Source of the DNA: Eledone cirrhosa
Lineage: Eukaryota
Assembly (NCBI GenBank): GCA_964016885.1
Contig: OZ024741.1
Coordinates: 246,202,001-246,266,000, forward strand
Length of the DNA: 64,000 nucleotides
Reading direction: 5' to 3'
Shown: one piece after another, positions 25,491 through 40,400 of the stretch
Layout: each line of letters begins with the position of its first letter
Position numbering within the stretch: the stretch's first letter is position 1
Notes under the pieces: generated by a model
The model's input: only the letters and a program-made list of their open reading frames with translations
Databases searched by the model: none
What the model was told of the DNA's origin: nothing
Position numbers and translations under genes: made by a program

Positions 25491-28400
25491 CCTTGATTTT
25501 TTTTACAAATTATCTCCCCCTGATTTTTTTTACAAATTATCTCCCCCTAATTTTTTTTACAAATTATCTACCCCTGATTTTTTTTACAAATTATCTCCCC
25601 CTGATTTTTTTTTACAAATTATCTCCCCCTGATTTTTTTTACAAATTATCTCCCCCTGATTTTTTTTTTACAAATTATCTCCCCCTGATTTTTTTACAAA
25701 TTATCTCCCCCTGATTTTTTTTACAATCTCCGCCTGATTTTTTTAAAAATTATCTTCCCTTGGCTGGCGGGAAATTATCTCCCCTTGGACGGCTGGAAAT
25801 TATCTCCCCTTGGAAGGATGGAAATTATCTCCCCTTGGACGGCTGGAAATTATCTCCCCTTGCACGGCTGGAAATTATCTCCCCTTGGCTGGAAATTATC
25901 TCCCCTTGGACGGCTAGAAATTATCTCTCTTTGGACGGCTGGAAATTATCTCCCTTTGATTTTTTTTACAAATTATCTCCCTCTGATTTTTTTTACAAAT
26001 CTCCCCCTGATTTTTTAAAAAAAATTATCTCCCCTTCGCTGGCTGGAAATTATCTTCCCTTGGACGGCTGGAAATTATCTCCCCTTGATTTTTTTTACAA
26101 ATTATCTCCGCCTGATTTTTTTTAAAAATTATCTCCCCCTGATTTTTTTTTACAAATTATCTACCCCTGATTTTTTTTTACAAATTATCTCCCCCTGATT
26201 TTTTTTACAAATTATCTCCCCCTGATTTTTCTTTTACAAATTATCTCCCCCTGATTTTTTTACAAATTGTCTCTGCCTGATTTTTTTAAATATTATCTTC
26301 CCGTGGCTGGCGGGAAATTACCTCCCCTTGGACGGCTGGAAATTATCTGTCCTTGATTTTCTTTTTACAAATTATCTTCCACTGATTTTTTTTACAAATT
26401 ATCTCCACCTGATTTTTAAAAAAATTATCTCCCCTTGGAAGGCTGGAAATTATCTCCCCTTGGCTGGAAATTATCTCCCCTTGGACGGCTAGAAATTATC
26501 TCTCTTTGGACGGCTGGAAATTATCACCCCTTGAGTTTTTTACAAATTATCTCCCCCTGATTTTTTTTACAAATCTCCCAGTGATTTTTAAAAAAAAATT
26601 ATCTCCCCTTCGCTGGCTGGAAATTATCTCCCCTTGGACGCTGGAAATTATAGCCCCTTGGAGGGCTGGAAATTATCTTCCCTTGGACGGCTGGAAATTA
26701 TCTCCCCTTGATTTTTTTTACAAATTATCTCCCCCTGATTTTTTTTTACAAATTATCTCCCCCTGATTTTTTTTACAACTTATCTGCGCCTGATTTTTTT
26801 AAAAAAATTATCTCCCCTCGGACGGCTGGAAATTATCTCTCCTTGGACGGCTAGAATTTACCTCTCCTTGGACGGCTGAAAATTATCTCCCCTTGGACGG
26901 CTGGAAATTATCTCCCCTTGATTTTTTTTACAAATTATCTCCCCCTGATTTTTTTTTACAAATTATCTCCCCCTGATTTTTTTTTACAAATTATCTCCCC
27001 CCTGAATTTTTTACAAATTATCTCCCCTTGGCTGGCTGGAAATTATCTCCCCTTGGAGGCTGGAACTTATCTCCCCTTGGACGGCTAGAAATTACCTCTC
27101 CTTGGACGGCTGGAAAATATGTCTCCTTGGACGGCTGGATATTATCTCCCCTTGGACGGCTGGAAATTATCTCCCCTTGGACGGCTGGAAATTATCTCCC
27201 CTTGGATGGCTAGATATTACCTCCCCTTGGACGGCTGGAAATTATCTCCCCTTGATTTTTTTTACAAATTATCTCCCCCTGATTTTTTTTTACAAATTAT
27301 CTCCCCCTGATTTTTTTTTAAAAATTATCTCCCCCTGATTTTTGTTTACAAATTATCTCCGCCTGATTTTTTTTAAAAAATTATCTCCCCTTGGACGGCT
27401 GGAAATTATCTCCCCTTGGACGGCTGGAAATTATATCTCCTTGGACGGCTAGAATTTACCTCTCCTTGGACGGCTGAAAATTATCTCCCCTTGGACGGCT
27501 GGAAATTATCTCCCCTTGATTTTTTTTACAAATTATCTCCCCCTGATTTTTTTTTACAAATTATCTCCCCCTGATTTTTTTTTACAAATTATCTCCCCCT
27601 GATTTTTTTTTACAAATTATCTCCCCCTGATTTTTTTACAAATTATCTCCCCTTGGCTGGCTGGAAATTATCTCCCCTTGGAGGCTGGAACTTATCTCCC
27701 CTTGGACGGCTAGAAATTACCTCTCCTTGGACGGCTGGAAAATATGTCTCCTTGGACGGCTGGATATTATCTCCCCTTGGACGGCTGGAAATTATCTCCC
27801 CTTGGACGGCTGGAAATTATCTCCCCTTGGATGGCTAGATATTACCTCCCCTTGGACGGCTGGAAATTATCTCCCCTTGATTTTTTTTACAAATTATCTC
27901 CCCCTGATTTTTTTTTACAAATTATCTCCCCCTGATTTTTTTTTACAAATTATCTCCCCCTGATTTTTGTTTACAAATTATCTCCGCCTGATTTTTTTTT
28001 TAAAATTATCTCCCCTTGGACGGCTGGAAATTATCTCCCCTTGGACGGCTAGAAATTACCTCTCCTTGGACGGCTGAAAATTATCTCCCCTTGGACGGCT
28101 GGAAATTATCTCCCCTTGATTTTTTTACAAATTATCTCCCCCTGATTTTTTTTTTACAAATTATCTCCCCCTGATTTTTTTTTTACAAATTATCTCCCCC
28201 TAATTTTTTTTTACAAATTATCTCCCCCTGATTTTTTTTACAAATTATCTCCCCCCTGATTTTTTTACAAATTATCTCCCCTTGGCTGGCTGGAAATTAT
28301 CTCCCCTTGGAGGCTGGAACTTATCTCCCCTTGGACGGCTAGAAATTACCTCTCCTTGGACGGCTGGAAAATATGTCTCCTTGGACGGCTGGATATTATC

Positions 28401-31400
28401 TCCCCTTGGACGGCTGGAAATTATCTCCCCTTGGACGGCTGGAAATTATCTCCCCTTGGATGGCTAGATATTACCTCCCCTTGGACGGCTGGAAATTATC
28501 TCCCCTTGATTTTTTTTACAAATTATCTCCCCCTAATTTTTTTTTACAAATTATCTCCCCCTGATATTTTAAAAAAAATTATCTCCCCCTGATTTTTGTT
28601 TACAAATTATCTCCGCCTGATTTTTTTTAAAAAATTATCTCCCCTTGGACGGCTGGAAATTATCTCCCCTTGGACGGCTGGAAATTATATCTCCTTGGAC
28701 GGCTAGAATTTACCTCTCCTTGGACGGCTGAAAATTATCTCCCCTTGATTTTTTTACAAATTATCTCCCCCTGATTTTTTTTTACAAATTATCTCCCTCT
28801 GATTTTTTTTTACAAATTATCTCCCCCTGATTTTTTTTTACAAATTATCTCCCCCTGATTTTTGTTTACAAATTATCTCCGCCTGATTTTTTTTTTAAAA
28901 TTATCTCCCCTTGGACGGCTGGAAATTATCTCCCCTCGGACGGCTAGAAATTACCTCTCCTTGGACGGCTGAAAATTATCTCCCCTTGGACGGCTGGAAA
29001 TTATCTCCCCTTGATTTTTTTACAAATTATCTCCCCCTGATTTTTTTTTACAAATTATCTCCCCCTGATTTTTTTTTAGAAATTATCTACCCCTGATTTT
29101 TTTTACAAATTATCTCCCCCTGATTTTTTTTTACAAATTATCTACCCCTGATTTTTTTTACAAATTATCTCCCCCTGATTTTTTTTACAAATTATCTCCC
29201 CCTGATTTTTTTTTTACAAATTATCTCCCCCTGATTTTTTTACAAATTATCTCCCCCTGATTTTTTTTACAAATTATCTCCGCCGGATTTTTTTAAATAT
29301 TATCTTCCCTTGGCTTGCGGGAAATTATCTCCCCTTGGACGGCTGAAAATTATCTCCCCTTGGACGGCTGGAAATTATCTCCCCTTGATTTTTTTTACAA
29401 ATTATCTCCCCCTGATTTTTTTTTACAAATTATCTCCCCCTGATTTTTTTTACAAATTATCTCCCCCTGATTTTTTTTTACAAATTATCTCCCCCTGATT
29501 TTTTTTACAAATTATCTCCCCCTGATTTTTTTTACAAATTATCTCCCCCTGATTTTTTTTTTACAAATTATCTCCCCCTGATTTTTTTACAAATTATCTC
29601 CCCCTGATTTTTTTTACAAATTATCTCCGCCGGATTTTTTTAAATATTATCTTCCCTTGGCTTGCGGGAAATTATCTCCCCTTGGACGGCTGAAAATTAT
29701 CTCCCCTTGGACGGCTGGAAATTATCTCCCCTTGATTTTTTTTACAAATTATCTCCCCCTGATTTTTTTTTACAAATTATCTCCCCCTGATTTTTTTTAC
29801 AAATTATCTCCCCCTGATTTTTTTTTACAAATTATCTCCCCCTGATTTTTTTTACAAATTATCTCCCCCTGATTTTTTTTACAAATTATCTCCCCCTGAT
29901 TTTTTTTTACAAATTATCTCCCCCTGATTTTTTTACAAATTATCTCCCCCTGATTTTTTTTACAAATTATCTCCGCCTGATTTTTTAAAATATTATCTCC
30001 CCTTGGACGGCTGGAAATTATCTGCCCTTGATTTTCTTTTTACAAATTAACTTCCACTGATTTTTTTTACAAATTATCTCCACCTGATTTTTTTAAAAAT
30101 TATCTCCCCTTGGAAGGCTGGAAATTATCTCCCCTTGGCTGGAAATTATCTCCCCTTGGACGGCTAGAAATTATCTCTCTTTGGACGGCTGGAAATTATC
30201 ACCCCTTGAGTTTTTTACAAATTATCTCCCCCTGATTTTTTTTACAAATCTCCCAGTGATTTTTAAAAAAAAATTATCTTCCCTTCGCTGGCTGGAAATT
30301 ATCTCCCCTTGGACGCTGGAAATTATAGCCCCTTGGAGGGCTGGAAATTATCTTCCCTTGGACGGCTGGAAATTATCTCCCCTTGATTTTTTTTACAAAT
30401 TATCTCCCCCTGATTTTTTTTTACAAATTATCTCCCCCTGATTTTTTTTACAACTTATCTGCGCCTGATTTTTTTAAAAAAATTATCTCCCCTTGGACGG
30501 CTGGAAATTATCTCCCCTTGGACGGCTGGAAATTATCTCTCCTTGGACGGCTGAAAATTATCTCCCCTTGGACGGCTGGAAATTATCTCCCCTTGATTTT
30601 TTTTACAAATTATCTCCCCCTGATTTTTTTTACAAATTATCTCCCCCTGATTTTTTTTTACAAATTATCTCCCCCTGATTTTTTTTACAAATTATCTCCC
30701 CCTGATTTTTTTACAAATTATCTCCCCTTGGCTGGCTGGAAATTATCTCCCCTTGGAGGCTGGAACTTATCTCCCCTTGGACGGCTAGAAATTACCTCTC
30801 CTTGGACGGCTGGAAAATATGTCTCCTTGGACGGCTGGATATTATCTCACCTTGGACGGCTAGAAATTATCTCCCCTTGGACGGCAGGAAATTATCTCCC
30901 CTTGGATGGCTAGATATTACCTCCCCTTGGACGGCTGGAAATTATCTCCCCTTGATTTTTTTTACAAATTATCTGCCCCTGATTTTTTTTTACAAATTAT
31001 CTCCCCCTGATTTTTTTTTACAAATTATCTCCCCCTGATTTTTTTTTTAAAATTATCTCCCCTTGGACGGCTGGAAATTATCTCCCCTTGGACGGCTAGA
31101 AATTACCTCTCCTTGGACGGCTGAAAATTATCTCCCCTTGGACGGCTGGAAATTATCTCCCCTTGATTTTTTTACAAATTATTTCCGCCTGATTTTTTTT
31201 TACAAATTATCTCCCCCTGATTTTTTTTTACAAATTATCTACCCCTGATTTTTTTTTACAAATTATCTCCCCCTGATTTTTTTTTACAAATTATCTACCC
31301 CTGATTTTTTTTACAAATTATCTCCCCCTGATTTTTTTTACAAATTATCTCCCCCTGATTTTTTTTTTTACAAATTATCTCCCCCTGATTTTTTTACAAA

Positions 31401-34400
31401 TTATCTCCCCCTGATTTTTTTTACAAATTATCTCCGCCGGATTTTTTTAAATATTATCTTCCCTTGGCTGGAGGGAAATTATCTCCCCTTGGACGGCTGA
31501 AAATTATCTCCCCTTGGACGGCTGGAAATTATCTCCCCTTGATTTTTTTTACAAATTATCTCCCCCTGACTTTTTTTTACAAATTATCTCCCCCTGATTT
31601 TTTTTACAAATTATCTCCCCCTGATTTTTTTACAAATTATCTCCCCTTGGCTGGCTGGAAATTACCTCCCCTTGTAGGCTGGAATTTATCTCCCCTTGGA
31701 CGGCTAGAAATTACCTCTACTTGGACGGCTGGAAAATATGTCTCCTTGGACGGCTGGATATTATCTCCCCTTGGACGGCTGGAAATTATCTCCCCTTGGA
31801 CGGCTGGAAATTATCTCCCCTTGATTTTTTTTACAAATTATCTCCCCCTGATTTTTTTACAAATCTCCCAGTGATTTTTAAAAAAAAATTATCTTCCCTT
31901 CGCTGGCTGGAAATTATCTCCCCTTGGACGCTGGAAATTATAGCCCCTTGGAGGGCTGGAAATTATCTTCCCTTGGACGGCTGGAAATTATCTCCCCTTG
32001 ATTTTTTTTACAAATTATCTCCCCCTGATTTTTTTTTACAAATTATCTCCCCCTGATTTTTTTTTACAACTTATCTGCGCCTGATTTTTTTAAAAAAATT
32101 ATCTCCCCTTGGACGGCTGGAAATTATCTCCCCTTGGACGGCTGGAAATTATCTCTCCTTGGACGGCTAGAATTTACCTCTCCTTGGACGGCTGAAAATT
32201 ATCTCCCCTTGGACGGCTGGAAATTATCTCCCCTTGATTTTTTTTACAAATTATCTCCCCCTGATTTTTTTTTACAAATTATCTCCCCCTGATTTTTTTT
32301 TACAAATTATCTCCCCCTGATTTTTTTTTACAAATTATCTCCCCCTGATTTTTTTTACAAATTATCTCCCCCTGATTTTTTTACAAATTATCTCCCCTTG
32401 GCTGGCTGGAAATTATCTCCCCTTGGAGGCTGGAACTTATCTCCCCTTGGACGGCTAGAAATTACCTCTCCTTGGACGGCTGAAAATTATCTCCCCTTGG
32501 ACGGCTGGAAATTATCTCCCCTTGATTTTTTTACAAATTATCTCCCCCTGATTTTTTTTTACAAATTATCTCCCCCTGATTTTTTTTTACAAATTATCTA
32601 CCCCTGATTTTTTTTTACAAATTATCTCCCCCTGATTTTTTTTTACAAATTATCTACCCCTGATTTTTTTTACAAATTATCTCCCCCCGATTTTTTTTAC
32701 AAATTATCTCCCCTTGATTTTTTTTTTTACAAATTATCTCCCCCTGATTTTTTTACAAATTATCTCCCCCTGATTTTTTTTACAAATTATCTCCGCCGGA
32801 TTTTTTTAAATATTATCTTCCCTTGGCTGGCGGGAAATTATCTCCCCTTGGACGGCTGAAAATTATCTCCCCTTGGACGGCTGGAAATTATCTCCCCTTG
32901 ATTTTTTTTACAAATTATCTCCCCCTGATTTTTTTTTACAAATTATCTCCCCCTGATTTTTTTACAAATTATCTCCCCTTGGCTGGCTGGAAATTACCTC
33001 CCCTTGTAGGCTGGAATTTATCTCCCCTTGGACGGCTAGAAATTACCTCTCCTTGGACGGCTGGAAAATATGTCTCCTTGGACGGCTGGATATTATCTCC
33101 CCTTGGATGGCTGGAAATTATCTCCCCTTGGACGGCTGGAAATTATCTCCCCTTGATTTTTTTTACAAATTATCTCCTCCTGATTTTTTTTACAAATCTC
33201 CCAATGATTTTTTAAAAAAAATTATCTCCCCTTCGCTGGCTGGAAATTATCTCCCCTTGGACGCTGGAAATTATAGCCCCTTGGAGGGCTGGAAATTATC
33301 TTCCCTTGGACGGCTGGAAATTATCTCCCCTTGATTTTTTTTACAAATTATCTCCCCCTGATTTTTTTTTACAAATTATCTCCCCCTGATTTTTTTTTAC
33401 AAATTATCTCCCCCTGATTTTTTATTTACAAATTATCTCCGCCTGATTTTTTTTTAAAAATTACCTCCCCTTGGACGGCTGGAAATTATCTCCCCTTGGA
33501 CGGCTGGAAATTATCTCCCCTTGGACGGCTAGAAATTATCTCTCCTTGGACGGCTGAAAATTATCTCCCCTTGGACGGCTGCAAATTATCTCCCCTTGAT
33601 TTTTTTTACAAATTATCTCCCCCTGATTTTTTTTACAAATTATCTCCCCCTGATTTTTTTTACAAATTATCTACCCCTGATTTTTTTTACAAATTATCTC
33701 CCCCTGATTTTTTTTTACAAATTATCTCCCCCTGATTTTTTTTACAAATTATCTCCGCCTGATTTTTTTAAATATTATCTTCCCTTGGCTGGCGGGAAAT
33801 TATCTCCCCTTGGACGGCTGGAAATTATCTGCCCTTGATTTTTTTTACAAATTATCTCCCCCTGATTTTTTTTTTACAAATTATCTCCCCCTAATTTTTT
33901 TTTACAAATTATCTCCCCCTGATTTTTTTTACAAATTATCTCCCCCCTGATTTTTTTACAAATTATCTCCCCTTGGCTGGCTGGAAATTATCTCCCCTTG
34001 GAGGCTGGAACTTATCTCCCCTTGGACGGCTAGATATTACCTCCCCTTGGACGGCTGGAAATTATCTCCCCTTGGACGGCTGGAAATTATCTCCCCTTGG
34101 ATGGCTAGATATTACCTCCCCTTGGACGGCTGGAAATTATCTCCCCTTGATTTTGTTTACAAATTATCTCCCCCTGATTTTTTTTTACAAATTATCTCCC
34201 CCTGATTTTTTTTTACAAATTATCTCCCCCTGATTTTTGTTTACAAATTATCTCCGCCTGATTTTTTTTTTAAAATTATCTCCCCTTGGACGGCTGGAAA
34301 TTATCTCCCCTCGGACGGCTAGAAATTACCTCTCCTTGGACGGCTGAAAATTATCTCCCCTTGGACGGCTGGAAATTATCTCCCCTTGATTTTTTTACAA

Positions 34401-37400
34401 ATTATCTCCCCCTGATTTTTTTTTTACAAATTATCTCCCCCTGATTTTTTTTTAGAAATTATCTACCCCTGATTTGTTTTTACAAATTATCTCCCCCTGA
34501 TTTTTTTTTACAAATTATCTACCCCTGATTTTTTTTACAAATTATCTCCCCCTGATTTTTTTTACAAATTATCTCCCCCTGATTTTTTTTTTACAAATTA
34601 TCTCCCCCTGATTTTTTTACAAATTATCTCCCCCTGATCTTTTTTACAAATTATCTCCGCCGGATTTTTTTAAATATTATCTTCCCTTGGCTTGCGGGAA
34701 ATTATCTCCCCTTGGACGGCTGAAAATTATCTCCCCTTGGACGGCTGGAAATTATCTCCCCTTGATTTTTTTTACAAATTATCTCCCCCTGATTTTTTTT
34801 TACAAATTATCTCCCCCTGATTTTTTTTACAAATTATCTCCCCCTAATTTTTTTTACAAATTATCTACCCCTGATTTTTTTTACAAATTATCTCCCCCTG
34901 ATTTTTTTTTACAAATTATCTCCCCCTGATTTTTTTTTACAAATTATCTCCCCCTGATTTTTTTTTTACAAATTATCTCCCCCTGATTTTTTTACAAATT
35001 ATCTCCCCCTGATTTTTTTTACAATCTCCGCCTGATTTTTTTAAAAATTATCTTCCCTTGGCTGGCGGGAAATTATCTCCCCTTGGACGGCTGGAAATTA
35101 TCTCCCCTTGGAAGGATGGAAATTATCTCCCCTTGGACGGCTGGAAATTATCTCCCCTTGCACGGCTGGAAATTATCTCCCCTTGGCTGGAAATTATCTC
35201 CCCTTGGACGGCTAGAAATTATCTCTCTTTGGACGGCTGGAAATTATCTCCCTTTGATTTTTTTTACAAATTATCTCCCTCTGATTTTTTTTACAAATCT
35301 CCCCCTGATTTTTTAAAAAAAATTATCTCCCCTTCGCTGGCTGGAAATTATCTTCCCTTGGACGGCTGGAAATTATCTCCCCTTGATTTTTTTTACAAAT
35401 TATCTCCGCCTGATTTTTTTTAAAAATTATCTCCCCCTGATTTTTTTTTACAAATTATCTACCCCTGATTTTTTTTTACAAATTATCTCCCCCTGATTTT
35501 TTTTACAAATTATCTCCCCCTGATTTTTCTTTTACAAATTATCTCCCCCTGATTTTTTTACAAATTGTCTCTGCCTGATTTTTTTAAATATTATCTTCCC
35601 GTGGCTGGCGGGAAATTACCTCCCCTTGGACGGCTGGAAATTATCTGTCCTTGATTTTCTTTTTACAAATTATCTTCCACTGATTTTTTTTACAAATTAT
35701 CTCCACCTGATTTTTAAAAAAATTATCTCCCCTTGGAAGGCTGGAAATTATCTCCCCTTGGCTGGAAATTATCTCCCCTTGGACGGCTAGAAATTATCTC
35801 TCTTTGGACGGCTGGAAATTATCACCCCTTGAGTTTTTTACAAATTATCTCCCCCTGATTTTTTTTACAAATCTCCCAGTGATTTTTAAAAAAAAATTAT
35901 CTCCCCTTCGCTGGCTGGAAATTATCTCCCCTTGGACGCTGGAAATTATAGCCCCTTGGAGGGCTGGAAATTATCTTCCCTTGGACGGCTGGAAATTATC
36001 TCCCCTTGATTTTTTTTACAAATTATCTCCCCCTGATTTTTTTTTACAAATTATCTCCCCCTGATTTTTTTTACAACTTATCTGCGCCTGATTTTTTTAA
36101 AAAAATTATCTCCCCTCGGACGGCTGGAAATTATCTCTCCTTGGACGGCTAGAATTTACCTCTCCTTGGACGGCTGAAAATTATCTCCCCTTGGACGGCT
36201 GGAAATTATCTCCCCTTGATTTTTTTTACAAATTATCTCCCCCTGATTTTTTTTTACAAATTATCTCCCCCTGATTTTTTTTTACAAATTATCTCCCCCC
36301 TGAATTTTTTACAAATTATCTCCCCTTGGCTGGCTGGAAATTATCTCCCCTTGGAGGCTGGAACTTATCTCCCCTTGGACGGCTAGAAATTACCTCTCCT
36401 TGGACGGCTGGAAAATATGTCTCCTTGGACGGCTGGATATTATCTCCCCTTGGACGGCTGGAAATTATCTCCCCTTGGACGGCTGGAAATTATCTCCCCT
36501 TGGATGGCTAGATATTACCTCCCCTTGGACGGCTGGAAATTATCTCCCCTTGATTTTTTTTACAAATTATCTCCCCCTGATTTTTTTTTACAAATTATCT
36601 CCCCCTGATTTTTTTTTAAAAATTATCTCCCCCTGATTTTTGTTTACAAATTATCTCCGCCTGATTTTTTTTAAAAAATTATCTCCCCTTGGACGGCTGG
36701 AAATTATCTCCCCTTGGACGGCTGGAAATTATATCTCCTTGGACGGCTAGAATTTACCTCTCCTTGGACGGCTGAAAATTATCTCCCCTTGGACGGCTGG
36801 AAATTATCTCCCCTTGATTTTTTTTACAAATTATCTCCCCCTGATTTTTTTTTACAAATTATCTCCCCCTGATTTTTTTTTACAAATTATCTCCCCCTGA
36901 TTTTTTTTTACAAATTATCTCCCCCTGATTTTTTTACAAATTATCTCCCCTTGGCTGGCTGGAAATTATCTCCCCTTGGAGGCTGGAACTTATCTCCCCT
37001 TGGACGGCTAGAAATTACCTCTCCTTGGACGGCTGGAAAATATGTCTCCTTGGACGGCTGGATATTATCTCCCCTTGGACGGCTGGAAATTATCTCCCCT
37101 TGGACGGCTGGAAATTATCTCCCCTTGGATGGCTAGATATTACCTCCCCTTGGACGGCTGGAAATTATCTCCCCTTGATTTTTTTTACAAATTATCTCCC
37201 CCTGATTTTTTTTTACAAATTATCTCCCCCTGATTTTTTTTTACAAATTATCTCCCCCTGATTTTTGTTTACAAATTATCTCCGCCTGATTTTTTTTTTA
37301 AAATTATCTCCCCTTGGACGGCTGGAAATTATCTCCCCTTGGACGGCTAGAAATTACCTCTCCTTGGACGGCTGAAAATTATCTCCCCTTGGACGGCTGG

Positions 37401-40400
37401 AAATTATCTCCCCTTGATTTTTTTACAAATTATCTCCCCCTGATTTTTTTTTTACAAATTATCTCCCCCTGATTTTTTTTTTACAAATTATCTCCCCCTA
37501 ATTTTTTTTTACAAATTATCTCCCCCTGATTTTTTTTACAAATTATCTCCCCCCTGATTTTTTTACAAATTATCTCCCCTTGGCTGGCTGGAAATTATCT
37601 CCCCTTGGAGGCTGGAACTTATCTCCCCTTGGACGGCTAGAAATTACCTCTCCTTGGACGGCTGGAAAATATGTCTCCTTGGACGGCTGGATATTATCTC
37701 CCCTTGGACGGCTGGAAATTATCTCCCCTTGGACGGCTGGAAATTATCTCCCCTTGGATGGCTAGATATTACCTCCCCTTGGACGGCTGGAAATTATCTC
37801 CCCTTGATTTTTTTTACAAATTATCTCCCCCTAATTTTTTTTTACAAATTATCTCCCCCTGATATTTTAAAAAAAATTATCTCCCCCTGATTTTTGTTTA
37901 CAAATTATCTCCGCCTGATTTTTTTTAAAAAATTATCTCCCCTTGGACGGCTGGAAATTATCTCCCCTTGGACGGCTGGAAATTATATCTCCTTGGACGG
38001 CTAGAATTTACCTCTCCTTGGACGGCTGAAAATTATCTCCCCTTGATTTTTTTACAAATTATCTCCCCCTGATTTTTTTTTACAAATTATCTCCCTCTGA
38101 TTTTTTTTTACAAATTATCTCCCCCTGATTTTTTTTTACAAATTATCTCCCCCTGATTTTTGTTTACAAATTATCTCCGCCTGATTTTTTTTTTAAAATT
38201 ATCTCCCCTTGGACGGCTGGAAATTATCTCCCCTCGGACGGCTAGAAATTACCTCTCCTTGGACGGCTGAAAATTATCTCCCCTTGGACGGCTGGAAATT
38301 ATCTCCCCTTGATTTTTTTACAAATTATCTCCCCCTGATTTTTTTTTACAAATTATCTCCCCCTGATTTTTTTTTAGAAATTATCTACCCCTGATTTTTT
38401 TTACAAATTATCTCCCCCTGATTTTTTTTTACAAATTATCTACCCCTGATTTTTTTTACAAATTATCTCCCCCTGATTTTTTTTACAAATTATCTCCCCC
38501 TGATTTTTTTTTTACAAATTATCTCCCCCTGATTTTTTTACAAATTATCTCCCCCTGATTTTTTTTACAAATTATCTCCGCCGGATTTTTTTAAATATTA
38601 TCTTCCCTTGGCTTGCGGGAAATTATCTCCCCTTGGACGGCTGAAAATTATCTCCCCTTGGACGGCTGGAAATTATCTCCCCTTGATTTTTTTTACAAAT
38701 TATCTCCCCCTGATTTTTTTTTACAAATTATCTCCCCCTGATTTTTTTTACAAATTATCTCCCCCTGATTTTTTTTTACAAATTATCTCCCCCTGATTTT
38801 TTTTACAAATTATCTCCCCCTGATTTTTTTTACAAATTATCTCCCCCTGATTTTTTTTTACAAATTATCTCCCCCTGATTTTTTTACAAATTATCTCCCC
38901 CTGATTTTTTTTACAAATTATCTCCGCCTGATTTTTTAAAATATTATCTCCCCTTGGACGGCTGGAAATTATCTGCCCTTGATTTTCTTTTTACAAATTA
39001 ACTTCCACTGATTTTTTTTACAAATTATCTCCACCTGATTTTTTTAAAAATTATCTCCCCTTGGAAGGCTGGAAATTATCTCCCCTTGGCTGGAAATTAT
39101 CTCCCCTTGGACGGCTAGAAATTATCTCTCTTTGGACGGCTGGAAATTATCACCCCTTGAGTTTTTTACAAATTATCTCCCCCTGATTTTTTTTACAAAT
39201 CTCCCAGTGATTTTTAAAAAAAAATTATCTTCCCTTCGCTGGCTGGAAATTATCTCCCCTTGGACGCTGGAAATTATAGCCCCTTGGAGGGCTGGAAATT
39301 ATCTTCCCTTGGACGGCTGGAAATTATCTCCCCTTGATTTTTTTTACAAATTATCTCCCCCTGATTTTTTTTTACAAATTATCTCCCCCTGATTTTTTTT
39401 ACAACTTATCTGCGCCTGATTTTTTTAAAAAAATTATCTCCCCTTGGACGGCTGGAAATTATCTCCCCTTGGACGGCTGGAAATTATCTCTCCTTGGACG
39501 GCTGAAAATTATCTCCCCTTGGACGGCTGGAAATTATCTCCCCTTGATTTTTTTTACAAATTATCTCCCCCTGATTTTTTTTACAAATTATCTCCCCCTG
39601 ATTTTTTTTTACAAATTATCTCCCCCTGATTTTTTTTACAAATTATCTCCCCCTGATTTTTTTACAAATTATCTCCCCTTGGCTGGCTGGAAATTATCTC
39701 CCCTTGGAGGCTGGAACTTATCTCCCCTTGGACGGCTAGAAATTACCTCTCCTTGGACGGCTGGAAAATATGTCTCCTTGGACGGCTGGATATTATCTCA
39801 CCTTGGACGGCTAGAAATTATCTCCCCTTGGACGGCAGGAAATTATCTCCCCTTGGATGGCTAGATATTACCTCCCCTTGGACGGCTGGAAATTATCTCC
39901 CCTTGATTTTTTTTACAAATTATCTGCCCCTGATTTTTTTTTACAAATTATCTCCCCCTGATTTTTTTTTACAAATTATCTCCCCCTGATTTTTTTTTTA
40001 AAATTATCTCCCCTTGGACGGCTGGAAATTATCTCCCCTTGGACGGCTAGAAATTACCTCTCCTTGGACGGCTGAAAATTATCTCCCCTTGGACGGCTGG
40101 AAATTATCTCCCCTTGATTTTTTTACAAATTATTTCCGCCTGATTTTTTTTTACAAATTATCTCCCCCTGATTTTTTTTTACAAATTATCTACCCCTGAT
40201 TTTTTTTTACAAATTATCTCCCCCTGATTTTTTTTTACAAATTATCTACCCCTGATTTTTTTTACAAATTATCTCCCCCTGATTTTTTTTACAAATTATC
40301 TCCCCCTGATTTTTTTTTTTACAAATTATCTCCCCCTGATTTTTTTACAAATTATCTCCCCCTGATTTTTTTTACAAATTATCTCCGCCGGATTTTTTTA

